Assembly (NCBI GenBank): GCA_028534125.1 | Contig: CM052832.1 | Span: 19,718,001-19,782,000, forward strand | Reading direction: 5' to 3' | DNA from: Lama glama | Lineage: Eukaryota | Length of the DNA stretch: 64,000 nt | Part shown: positions 1-11,200 of the stretch, one piece after another | Layout of the letters: every line of letters starts with the position of its first letter | How positions within the stretch are numbered: position 1 is the stretch's first letter | Position numbers and translations under genes: made by a program | The notes under the pieces: model-generated | Told to the model about the DNA's origin: nothing | Databases searched by the model: none | What the model saw: only the letters and a program-made list of their open reading frames with translations

Positions 1-49
1 TAAAGTCTTGTGTATAAGTAAAAGGATATTTCTATTTTTTTTTCACCAG

Positions 50-920
50 GAGATACACAGATGGTAACATCAGTGAAAAATCTTTATTCCTTGTTTAACG
101 TACATCCATACTAGTTGTGGCTGGGTAGCTGACTACGCTGGAATATTCTGTGACCACTGCAGCAATCCAGAAGTAATTGTATATATGGCAGTATGGGTGT
201 GTGCTTTTCTTGGCAGTGATGAAACACAGAATCTGCCAATCATTTTAATGGAGATACGGCACCTGGAAATACATGGAGTACATTAGATCAACTTGGGTGC
301 CTAAGTGTGCCACCACCCATTCAGTGTATCCAAATGGAAAAAGGAAAGCATCTAATGACCATTGAACAGTAATTTAAGAAAGTTGCTGACTTTTAAAATG
401 CAACTAGCAACTCCATTAAACACTACATTGGCCTCGAAGGGAATGTTAATGTGACACAAACTGCGTATGAAACTTTCTTCTCTGTGAAAGAACTTTCTGA
501 GTATATCCAAAAGAAAGACTTTTTTTTACCCATCAAATGAAACAGCCTGATTTAGTCAAAAAGAGGAAAGAAACGTTTTTAAAAGCAGTCGAACATTTCT
601 AGAGCAGTTCTTTAAAGTCCCACTCAGATGGGGATGGCGGAGCAGTGGAAGAGAGAAATCTTAACACAATATGGAGGTGGCCAGGAGCCAGAAAAACACA
701 TTTTGCCACCCCTTATTCATTATTGCTCCCCTAAACACACCAGATGGGGAGGCTTCATCAATGTCAAACCTGCTGTTATCATCAGAGAATTTCCTTATCA
801 GTGGGTTTGGAACTGACACCTCAGCCCCTCTGAGTAGCAGACAGGCAGATTTATCCATCACCAGTCTCACCAACCTCACACATTAGAAAGGAGTGCTCCA
901 ATTAGGATCCAGGTGGGGAA
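50..920 (+). pseudogene. Class C GPCR relic: large Venus-flytrap exon
   Basis: Poly-T/CAG acceptor at 48-49. Motifs: ISEKSLF..RT (69-104; cf. LSDK.LFP.F.RT), LRWN...YGSMGV (133-201; cf. FRWNWV...YG..G), FLAVMKHRICQSF (207-245), NAT...YIGLEG (397-441), ELSEYIQK (490-513), FLEQFF (596-613; cf. FWEETF), SENFL...QADLSITSLTNL (~780-877; cf. EN...AVYSIAHALHNL). Candidate donor GAA|gtcagt at 920/921. Length 871 nt. Confidence 0.75.
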
Positions 921-1239
921 GTCAGTAGGTTCACATAGACGGGGGTTAGGGACTCACTATTCATCTAAGGGTCTTCTGCCTCCCTTGTGAACATTTGATA
1001 CATAGGATGCATAGAAGTATAGTAGTAGATTTATCTTGGGGGGAAAGCATGACAAATAGAGGAGTATAAAAAGGGTATTCAGGATTGTATTCTATTTAGA
1101 GTAGGATTAAATCATTAAATATATGTGCATTTTTAGGTCAGTTAGTTTTCTGTAACGAAAATAAAGAATTAACATTGCACCTTTGTACATGAATGGGTTC
1201 ATTCAGGTGTGTTCATGTGTTGTTAAATGTACATGCATG

Positions 1240-1678
1240 CGCCTGGATTGCTTTAGTTGCTGAAGACACAATAGTGAAAAGACAGAAGAGGTCCCTGTCC
1301 TCATGGTGTGAGAGTGTCCAAGTAAAAGATATTTGGAACTAACAACAGGGAAACCTAAGACGGTCAAGAGACCTCCTAAGGAACTGAATTACACTTGAAA
1401 CCATACTTCATTTAGCTGTGCTGGGGGAAGGTTATTCCTGACAGAAAAATACAACACATTCAATGGCCTCAAAGTGACAAAGAATACTTAAACTTGTGAA
1501 ATGGAAAAGAGACCCTTATATCTGAAATTTAGAATGTAAAGGACAGTAATGCTCTTTGAGGCAACATGTGTAGGCAAGGGCCAGTTCATATAAGGTTTTG
1601 AGATCTTATTCCAAGTGTAATGTTATGTGACTGAAGGGTTTTAAATGGGAGAGACGTGATTTGCGTCTTCAAAAAGAT
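1240..1678 (-). mobile_element. L2 fragment
   Basis: L2-like tracts such as gtccctgtcctcatgg and actgaagggttttaaatggg...gatttgc. Boundaries approximate. Confidence 0.6.
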
Positions 1679-3059
1679 GTGCCATGGAGCAGATCGTTAG
1701 GGTTGCTGCAGCCTTGGACCTGGCAGAGGTCAGATACAGATATGGGCCTCAGGTCGAGGGGCTGCTTCTGGGGCTTTTGGCCTCCTGCTCCCTGGAAGGC
1801 TGCAGATTTGCTGCTTGCACATGCGTAGTTTACCTGGCCTCGGAAGGACCCAACTGCCCCTGCACAGCATTTGGGCCAGAGCTGGTTCCTCATAATTTGG
1901 CCAAGTCCCTTGGGTGAAGTGCCACAGCACTGTGACTCTGAGTGGTATGGATTGAGGCATGGAAAAGGACTGGGATTTGTGTAATAGATGGTGTGAGTCA
2001 GACTCATGCTAAGTCTGATACCCAGGACCCTCAGGTGTTTCTCACCCTAAGGCTCCCAAGTTTCTCCTCTGGGGTCTGGCTTCCTCTGGGAGAAGTGGTT
2101 ACAGAGGCAGGGCCTGCAGCCTGATTCCTCCATTCTCTGAGTCACCCCTGACTCTCGGCACATCCCAGTCCATCCTCTCCCAGCCCCTCCATCAGTGCCC
2201 TGCTAGATCACATGGGGATTGCACACTGTGATATTCTTCATCTACCTGTAGAACACAGAGCACTACCATACACTCTTGAAGACAATCTGGAATCTCTATT
2301 TGTATGAGATGTCAAATAATAGATGTGGCTAATAAAACAGCTAAAGGGGAATACCAAAAATTAACCAATATTTGCAATGAGGCGTTGGGAAATCAAATCA
2401 AGTGCCACCAAAGACGTATAGAACCATACACTCTTACTGTTTATAAGCAAAGAGTAATTTAACTCTTTGGGAAAACATCCTTAGGCTTTCGAGGGCTTTC
2501 AGAAACCCTCTTGGTAAATTGCCACTTCCAAACACTAATTGCTACCAAGGTTAGCAAAAAGAGTTAATTGAATATCTGTGCCTGTTAATCTCAGGACTTA
2601 TGCAGAAAGTACAGGAATACTACAAAACAGATTGGTTTTCTGTTGTTATAACAATCAGCTTTCCTACTGCTCTTCCTAGTCAAATATATATTTATTCAAT
2701 GTGGCCTATCTTGAGAACAGTTTTTAGAAATAGAGAAGTAAAATATGACCTAAGACAAATAGAATGTTAACTGCAAGAGTAATTTAGGTCAGAATAACAG
2801 AAAGAATTCATTGCTAAGTCAAATATTAAGTAATATCCTGGAAGTCGTTTATCTCAAGTGCCCAATAGTCCACCTCATTTTAACAGTGACATAAATCCCA
2901 ATAAATCCAGGTGAAGTTGTTGGGCTATTCATTTCTTAGTACCTGCTCTTGTTACCTTTTCTCTCTAGTGGTTGTAAATCCTTGAAACGAGATTCATTGA
3001 TCTATTCATTTATACATTAATTCATTCCACAACATTATTGAATGCCTATCTTTATTTAT

Positions 3060-3590
3060 AATTTTTATGTAAGTTTTTAATACAGTAAAACTTACATAGA
3101 TAAAGGTACACAAATCATAAAATATGGCTCAGTGAATTAATGTAAAATAAATATACTCATGGACTCACCATGAGCCAGATCAGGAAACAGAAAATATTGA
3201 GCATCCCCAAATCCCCTCTGTGCATACTGCTAATCACTGTCTCCTCCCAAAGGTAACCTCTATCCTGGCCCCTAACCTATTTTAGACTTTAGACACATGG
3301 AATTATCATGGATATATTTCTTCTGTGTCTGGATTCTCATTCAATGTTATTTTGAAGATTTATGCAAGTTGTATAAAACAGTATAGCACTGGTTTTTATT
3401 ACTGTATTATTCCATTGTCTGAATAAACCACAATAAATTCAGCCATTCTACGGGGGATGTTTCCATTTGAAGGATATTAAGAATGATGTTACTTTGAACA
3501 TTTCTTGTATATGTGTGCTTGATGCACACACATCTGTGTATTTTTTTTGCATTTATATCTACATTGCATAGTGTAAAATAGACATATCTA
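3060..3590 (-). mobile_element. Old L1 (L1MC/ME-type) 3' end
   Basis: Antisense L1 3' UTR pattern: tacagtaaaa...cacaaatcataa...ggtaacctctatcctg...ttattccattgt. Confidence 0.7.
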
Positions 3591-3649
3591 AGCAAATAAG
3601 CCATTGAATTTTTATCTATGCCTATACTTATATAATTACCACCAAGCTC

Positions 3650-4400
3650 AAGATCACTCCTAGAAAATTTCCCATGATCTTTTCATATGCTTAAACCCTT
3701 TTTAATCATTTTTAGTTGTCTACCATGATGATCCTTTTCATAATTCCTTAAACACGTTATTTATAGTTCTTTTAAATTCCTGGTGTGATAATTCTATTTT
3801 ATTCACCTTGTAAGAGTCTATTATCTGTTGTCTTAACTTTTCTATAAATTCTTATATTCTCATATGCTTGATTAGTTTTGACTGAGAGCTAAGCATTGTA
3901 TATGGAAATGCACAGAAATAATGTGAGGCTATCTTCCTCCAGAGATGATTTACTTTTGCTTCAGACAGGGAGCTTTGCTGTTGATTCATCACTGTAACTC
4001 AATCAGAATGAGATGATTTGTAACTGGGCTTCAGACCTTATAAAAGCTATTTATTTTCAGTTCACTCTCACTCCTGGGATACGGTCCTGCTGCTTTTGAA
4101 CCCCAAACTGTGGAAGCTTACCTTACCTTCTTGTTCTTGGGAGGCCATGATTTCAAATGTCTGTCCCCAGTCACTGTGGAAGTGGTGACAACTCTGATAG
4201 ATTCCCAGACACTCAGCTACTTTGGAAATTAGCTGTCCTCCCCTCCCCCTGGCCCCAGGCAAATGCTCTTTCGAATGCTGTGCTCACCTCTCTGGATTTC
4301 CCATTTCTCTCTATCCTAGACCCTGAAAATTCTCATTGTCTTAGTCTTCCAGTGCAAACATGAAAAAAGAATTCGTATTACTTTATCTAGTTGTTCTCTG
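3650..4400 (-). mobile_element. Old L1 5'/ORF1-region fragment
   Basis: Resembles antisense L1M 5' region (ttatagttcttttaaattcctggtgtgataatt...tcttcctccagagatgatttacttttgct). Confidence 0.5.
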
Positions 4401-6909
4401 AGGGACATTAGGACCAAAGCAAATTTGCCTGCCTTTGCCCAAGCCCAGTTCCTTGAGTGCTTTTTTAAAATGCAGGCTCTGTGTAAGAGGTTGCAGACAC
4501 AAGTTTTAACATGAAACAATTCCTGCCCTCAAGCAACTCTCAATGTTCTAGGAAAGACAGAAATAAAGAAAAGAAACCCAACCCTTACACTATCATGTGA
4601 TTAGGGCTAGAATAGATTTAAGGATTAGGGACAGCAGTGACATGAAGAAGTCATAATTAACTCTGTGTTATGTGTCAGAAAGATCTTTGCAGATTAGGAA
4701 ATTCTTGGGCTGGGTATTAAAAGGGCACTTTCTTGTCAGATGGTGTAGAATAAATAGAAAATACTGGAAAGAGTGCTTTGTAAGTCAACCAGAAAATAAC
4801 CCTTAAGTTGAGATTTAGAGTGAGTGGGAATTTTCCTGTGGATCAAGAAAGGAATAAGGGTAGGGCATTTTAAGCCCAGGAAAAATAACAAACAAAGGTT
4901 AGGCTGATTTCCAGGTCTCTCCCTCTTTCCTCCTAGGTGAATATTTTCTAATTGTGAGGACACTGAGAGAGGGTTGCCACAGGACTCCCTCATCCATCTT
5001 AGGAGATATTGCGAAAAATTTTAAATTTCTCTATAGTCAGTTAGAAACTTTAGGTTCCTGGAACTAAAGCCAGGAAGAAATCCAAAGCATGTCTATTTCT
5101 ACCAAAACTAGCATGTCTGTCTTCTCTGAAGGCTAGATTGATAAACACAACTGGTTTGGCTTTTAAAATGATTGTCAGTTCAACAACAACAACAGGAACT
5201 CCCAAACAAAAAAACTAAAATATAAAACAGTCAGACATAGGAATATAATCAGAAAACCCATAGCACACCAGGACAGGATTTTGGCCATCTGCTTTGCGTA
5301 AGATGATTTCTAAATGATGCCGTGTGATTGGGCTGGATCTAAATAAACATCTGGTTTCACCTTTACAATACTCAGTTTTTCTCTTTTGGCTCATCAGTTT
5401 AGTTTGCAGACGTAGCCTGTGTATTTTTTTTTTTCCCAAACAATGTGGCAGAATTCAGGAGCTCGTTTATGAGAAACAGACTGATAACCCAGAGCACATT
5501 GAGACAGGGCATTTTTCTGCTTACATCTATGGATTTTTACTTCAGCTGTTCTGGAATCTTACTTTAGACAATAGAGGGAGGATTTCCAAGAAGTTGTTAT
5601 GTCTTGCCATTATTGTGGGAATAAGGATTTCATTAAAACAGATTAGTGAAAGAAAATATACAGATGGTGATTCCAGGCAAAACAGTTTGTTGTTTTAGCA
5701 GTCTCTTCGTATCAGAAATCTTCCTGTGTAAACTAGGGTAGAAATCTGGTTCTTATGTGCCCTTTCCTTTCCTCTTACATTGGCCCTATTCTACTTTTTG
5801 GTTCCTTTAGCGGGGAATGGGAAGACCCATTCTTAGCCATATTAACTAATATTGGGGCTCTTGACAAGTCATAGACTCTACTTATATCTTCATAGTGTTC
5901 TTTACTACAGTTGATCATATGTGGAATTCATTCAAAACGTGGTTAATTATCACACAAGCCAAAATTGTCTTCTGTTCATCTATAGCTGTAGACTTTTCGA
6001 AGGTGGTTGTTGTTGGGTTTTGTTTGTTTGTTTGTTTTTGTTTTGGCAGTAGTGATGTGGCCTCATCATAGGCATGGATGAGGGAGAAGGCATGGGGGAA
6101 GGCTTGGGAGTGAGCCTAGGATGTTAGGCTATGACAAAAAAGGAGGGATTGACAGGTTGGATTAGTTGGCTATTTTGCTATCTTTAGAAGCTTATTCTCC
6201 CATAAGATGACATTCTCTTTGAGGCATTATTTTCCAAGTCTAAAGAATACTTTTTCTTTCCATTTGATGGTATGATAACTCAGGGAATTGTTATACTCCT
6301 GCACAATTCTCAAAGAAATCATACCTGACTTCTTCCATGGTTGAAAACCTTGCTCTCTCTTTCACCAGATAAGTCTAATAATGTTTTTCCATGGCTTGTC
6401 AGCCAAAAAACATATCACAAGTAACATAGCATATACAAATATATAGCTAAGGGACCATGTTTTATTTATCATTTTATATCCAGCATCTGGTGGAGCTTAA
6501 GGTAGACCAAGTGAAGAGGGAACCAATGTTTATTGAGGGCCATCTCTGGGCTATGTACTTTACTTCAAGTATGTTGTTTAATACTGATAATTACCTTGTG
6601 AAGAAGGTGGGTCTCAACAGTTGAAAGCTGAGAATAGAGTCTGGTATGTGACAAAAGAAAACAGAAAACGTAATGTCCATTCTTAGCTCTATTAATCTTT
6701 AATTCTCTTCTTTAACAGTGAGGGGTGCTATCAGTGTTACAGGATCAAGAAGCAAATACAAAAATGATATTCAAAATTAAGGTGCTTAATAAACATACAC
6801 TATTCTGTTATTCTCCATTGTGACTTGTGTGTGGTAGAATACTGTAGGTAATAATAAGTACTTATTTTATTCATATTTTAGTATGAGTTATGTCAGTCCT
6901 TAATTTCAG

Positions 6910-7171
6910 CAAATACAAGAAGTTAACATCTGGATGGATGCTGAATGCTTATGAAAAAATTCCACTGTAACATCAGCTTTGGCTTCCTGGATGACCCAGG
7001 CTATGAAACTTTATTTCTTTCTCTCTGCTTATTCCAAATAATAGCTGTTCTTTCACTGAGAACACTGTGCTTTGGCATCTGTTTTCAATATGCTTCTGTT
7101 TGTTCCAATGTCTCATATATACTCTGCAGATCTTCAGTCTGACCTGGGATGACACTATCTACCCACTTAAA
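6910..7171 (+). pseudogene. Class C GPCR relic: VFT C-terminal/linker exon
   Basis: tttcag acceptor, then QIQEVNI (cf. LKxVNF), NISFGFLDDPGYET at 6969-7010 (cf. ISFDxxGDxxxxYDI), and LTWDD at 7139-7153 (cf. IxW). Weak phase-0 donor AAA|gt at 7171/7172. Confidence 0.55.
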
Positions 7172-7789
7172 GTTCTAGCTGTACAATTAAATTTCAGGGG
7201 TTCCTTTCTTTCACCCTTGTGAGCTTTCTCCAAATCTTCCCTCATAATTCATTTATTTTATATGAACCTCTTTTCTTTATCTTACATTGTAAGTAATTAA
7301 ATTTATTATTTAGAATTTGTGTTGGATGGGCTAAATGTCCTGAACATGCGCTTATAAGGAATAGCCACTAGTCCGTGTCTCTCAAAATATTTTCTTACAC
7401 TGAATCACAGTTGTTTTTACTGGAACAACATCTGATATCTTAATTTTTTTTGGTTTCTTTTCTTATTTTATTTTTAGACATTTAAAAAATTTGTTCACTT
7501 TTGGGAGGTGTTTTTAATAATTTATTTTCACCAATGTTTTTTAAGCATGTTTCCACAACTTAATTTATAATTAAAAAACAAAAAAAATTGTAATTGGAAG
7601 TAATTTCATGCTTTCAGAAAAGCTGCTAAGATAATAATACAAGGATCCCCTCAACATTATGTACTTACTCAGATTCATCAGTTCTTACTGTTCTCTTCTC
7701 CCTGTCCTTCTCTCTCTTTCTCCTATATATATGTGTGTGGGTTTGTGTGTTTTTGTCTATCATCTATTTATTTAAAATTACAATGTATG

Positions 7790-8626
7790 TGTGTATGGAG
7801 GGGGATTTTCAAACAACAAGCAATGCTCCAGTACCCCCGGAGTGTCCTACAATTCAACTCAGTTCTGCCATTATCTGAAGATAGTATCAGATCCCAAAGT
7901 TTAAGGGCTTAATTCTGTAAGACTGTCCTTCTCCCCGCTTCAAGTGCCAGTTGAAAGTCCAGGTTATCATCTGTGCTTTTGAGGACCTGCTGTACACCAG
8001 AGGTTCCAATGACCTTCTCCTTGAGTTTGATTAATTTACTAGAGGGACTCACAGAACTCAGAGAAACATTTTACTTATCAGTGTATTATAAAAAGTTTAC
8101 CAGTTTATCATAGACGGATATAACTCAGGAACAGCTAGATGGAAGAAATACCTAGGGCAAGGGGCTGGGAAAGGGAACAGAGCTTCCATGTTCTCTAAGA
8201 GTGGCACTCTCCCCAAACCTCCATGTGATCATCAACCTGGAAGCTGTCTGAATCCTGTACTTAAGTTTTTCTATGGAGGCTTCATTACAGAGGCACGACT
8301 GATTAAATCAATAGCTATTGAAGATTAAATTCAATCTCCATCCCCTCTCCCCTCCCAGGAGGTCTGGTTTTGTGTGTGTTAGGGGTGGGTGGGTGTGGGA
8401 GTGGAGGCTGTGAGATGAAAATTTTAACGCTCTAATCACGTGGTTGGCTCCCCCCAGTATCCCACCCCCATTCCTACCAGATTTCCAAAGTCACCTCTTA
8501 ACGTAACAAAACACACAGCTTACTGTTCTCTTCACTTGGGACATTCCAAGAGTTTTAAGAGCTCTGTGCCAGGAGTGGGAACAAAAAACCAAATAGATAT
8601 TTCTCATTATAAATCACAATATCACA
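7790..8626 (-). mobile_element. MER21-like solo LTR (ERVL)
   Basis: Contains gtgtcctacaattcaactcagttctg and ends ttataaatcacaatatcaca, the reverse complement of the TGTGATATTGTGATTTATAA start. Confidence 0.8.
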
Positions 8627-9297
8627 CTATCTATTTTCATCATCATCTACTTTGGTTTTTCCATTTTATTGAGAATGGAAAATAGATTTGAAAAAAAAAA
8701 GAAATAGCTTGCAATGTTATACTTGCTACTACGTTTTCATAATTCCATTTTTTGCTTTTCTTCACTATTTCACTGACCACATGTTGCTATTTATTCTTTT
8801 TCACTCAAACACACATGAGAAAATAGCTTTCTAGACTTAGTGTATGCCAATAAGCAGAGTATGTAGTTATGCTTTGTTCTACTTTGTGCTGGTCAAATCT
8901 GTACAATAGATTAAGTTGTGTGGCTTCATCTAATCATTAGTTCCCAGAAGGCTTCCATCAAGTGAGGTTCCCTAAATTTTAGGTTACATTATTTTATTCT
9001 GTTGTTGGGATTCTGACATTGATGCCATAAAGGACTTGTAATACCATAATTCTTCGTGTAGTATGCTCCTATAGCTTTTAGTGTTCTACTCCCATTAGAG
9101 CACTTTATTTTGAGAGATGACACTCTTCAGAATGAAATACACCACTGTTGACCTCCCAAATTTCTTTCCTAATTGTTTTTCTGAGCATTAACGTTTCCAA
9201 ATCAATAAAGAAAGGAATTGATGATGGAGGCACTCTACTCTGGCTGCCACAAAAAATAAGTCATGTATTTTAGGAACAGAGTTTAATGTGTTGGTGG

Positions 9298-9450
9298 GTA
9301 CCTTTCCATGAATGTGATGAAGAGTTATTTCTATCTGCTTTCAGATGCACTGATTTTTCTGTTTGTGGTGACATAGCACGGATGCTGCATCCACTGATCT
9401 TTCAATACAGTTTAAGAACCTTTGAATTTAGTGGCAATAAATCCAAAATC
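9298..9450 (+). pseudogene. Class C GPCR relic: cysteine-rich (NCD3G) exon
   Basis: VPFHECDEE at 9298-9324 (cf. CaSR VPFSNCSRDC) and HGCCIH* at 9377-9397 (cf. xxCCFEC, with TGA at the Cys position). The acceptor is degraded (tgg) and the 3' boundary is approximate. Confidence 0.6.
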
Positions 9451-10040
9451 CACAGACGGTTGACTCTCAGTTTTACTTAACAACATGAGAACAGAAATAG
9501 TGCTGCTATTTCTGGGTTGAACCATTCATAGTTCATAATGTTTTAAGTGTTTTAAATAATTGGCCAGGTAGTATTTATTATTTTAATAGTTACATTCAAG
9601 GCACAATTTATTTGCTCTGGCTCTAATCTAAAATTCATTTAGATTATGTTAGGTACAAGACATTTAGTAGACATTAATGTGACAGATACTCTCCATTCAT
9701 TCTGTTATGCATTCCTTTTGAAGGATTGAAGAGCATAGATTTTAAGAGAATCAACTTTGGATTTTAAACATAAATTTAGGTTTAAGTCCTAGGTCTAATT
9801 TTGATGTATTATGGCCACTGACAGGTTTTTAAAATTTCCTAGTTCCCATTTGCTAGCTCTAAATTAGGATTACTACCTATTTCAAAAGTAGCTATGGGTT
9901 GAAATGATATTAAAATATAAATTCTGTGGCATTGTATGTGGCTTTTCATATTGGTTGGTACTCCATAGATGAAAGTTATTATTGTTTTTACATTATGTAA
10001 TTTTTGTTCCTAGAAAAACCCCCACTATTTGTCTATGCAG

Positions 10041-11200
10041 CAGAGCTAGCTGGCACAGTTTACTGATGGCAACTACCTCCGTTAGCAGGGAGCGTCTCTA
10101 CAGCTGCAAACCTAACCTGGGAAGGGACATCACAAAAAGGTGATGATCCCTCTTATTTTATAGTAGGTTACTTTTGCCTTTGACTGTATGGATGTGAATG
10201 AAAGATACTATATATTCTAGGCCTGGGTTACACATACTAATAAGTAACATGGTGTAAAGTGTTTGTAAACAGAAACCTTAATTAAATAGAGTTGGGAGAG
10301 CTCTCACACCCTGCTGTTAGCAGAGCCCACCAGGAAGAAGACTATTCTTTCCTGTTAAGGACTCAGCCAACAAAAAGCAATGGATTCTTTGTTGACCTTC
10401 CAACTTCCTTTTCTTCTCTATAAAAGCGTTCTTCTTTTCTTGTAGTATGGGAACTTGCTCATGGATCACATGGCTGTAGACCCTGATTTGCAGTTCTCTG
10501 TTGATCCCCAGTAAACCCATCTCCATTGGAGAAATATCTGGAAGTCTGTTTATTTCCGATCAACGATAGAACGCTGGCTGTATTTATCCTAGAGTACTCT
10601 ACTTCTTCGCAGCAAAGCCACACCGCCTAGAGTTGTCCCAGTCTGTAGGGTTAATTCGAACATTATGTGGAATAGTTTTAACAACTTTCTTAACCTCCAC
10701 TGTAGGATGCAACATAAAGGTACCTTTTATAGCTGCTGCAGTTTCGACTTGGATTCCAGGCTTACTCTGCCCCAGGTCACATAACTGGGTTTTTATCTCT
10801 TGAACTCTGCTTCTGTGCTTTTCTTGGTAATGCCAATAAATTCAGTTTCTGGGAGGAAGTCAGTGCTAATGGCATGTATGCTGGCATTTGTTTAATCTGC
10901 TCTTGCATTTCTTAGCTCTGATGATGCCTCTACACATCGATGCCTCCTGCACTGGTAGCCATGTGGCTTTATGTGAGATTTCCTGATGCTCCCTGCATTG
11001 TGGGGCCTCTGGTGAACATATTACTTCCTGCCAGAGTGGGCTTCCTCTCAGCATCTGTAGTGAGAATGTCTTTTTATAATTCTCCCTCGCCAATGGGCTG
11101 GGCCAGTCCCAGGTGCTAGCTTTTCTCAGACTGCCCCATGCTGTGACACTTAAAACTGGGCTATTCTTAGTCAAGTTCCAAGCTGTGACTAATACATTTT
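10041..11200 (+). pseudogene. Class C GPCR relic: terminal 7TM exon, interrupted by a solo LTR
   Basis: tgcag acceptor, with the phase-1 frame leading to NLTWE (10109-10123; cf. FLSWxE) and KDT (10201; cf. RDTP). After the LTR: LYFFAAKP (10597-10620; cf. LFIGKP), RTLCGIVLTTFLTSTV (from 10657; TM3), MLAFV*SALAFL (10878-10913; TM5), PLHIDASC (10927-10950; cf. PxxxNEAKC), PRC* (11108-11119; cf. PKCY). Confidence 0.78.
10264..10565 (+). mobile_element. ERV1-type solo LTR inserted in the GPCR 7TM exon
   Basis: TGTAAAC start, tataaaa box at ~10419, and a degenerate polyA signal with U5-like end (agtaaacccatct...ggagaaatatctgg...tcaac). Confidence 0.75.

Larger units (their letters stand above)
50..11200 (+). 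pseudogene. Decayed multi-exon class C GPCR pseudogene (CaSR/GPRC6A/TAS1R/V2R-like); last four exons in window
   Basis: Four separated segments give, across stops and frameshifts, class C GPCR motifs in the correct order: VFT (50-920), linker (~6910-7171), cysteine-rich (~9298-9450) and 7TM (~10041-11200). Segment sizes and boundaries resemble the exon layout of this family. Confidence 0.8.

Noticed and set aside
628..816. 62-aa ORF MGMAEQWKRE...
   Set aside because: Off-frame overlap with the GPCR relic exon; the motifs lie in the 671-886 frame.
5324..5698. 124-aa ORF
   Set aside because: Non-ATG start, intronic to the relic, and no motifs or splice support.
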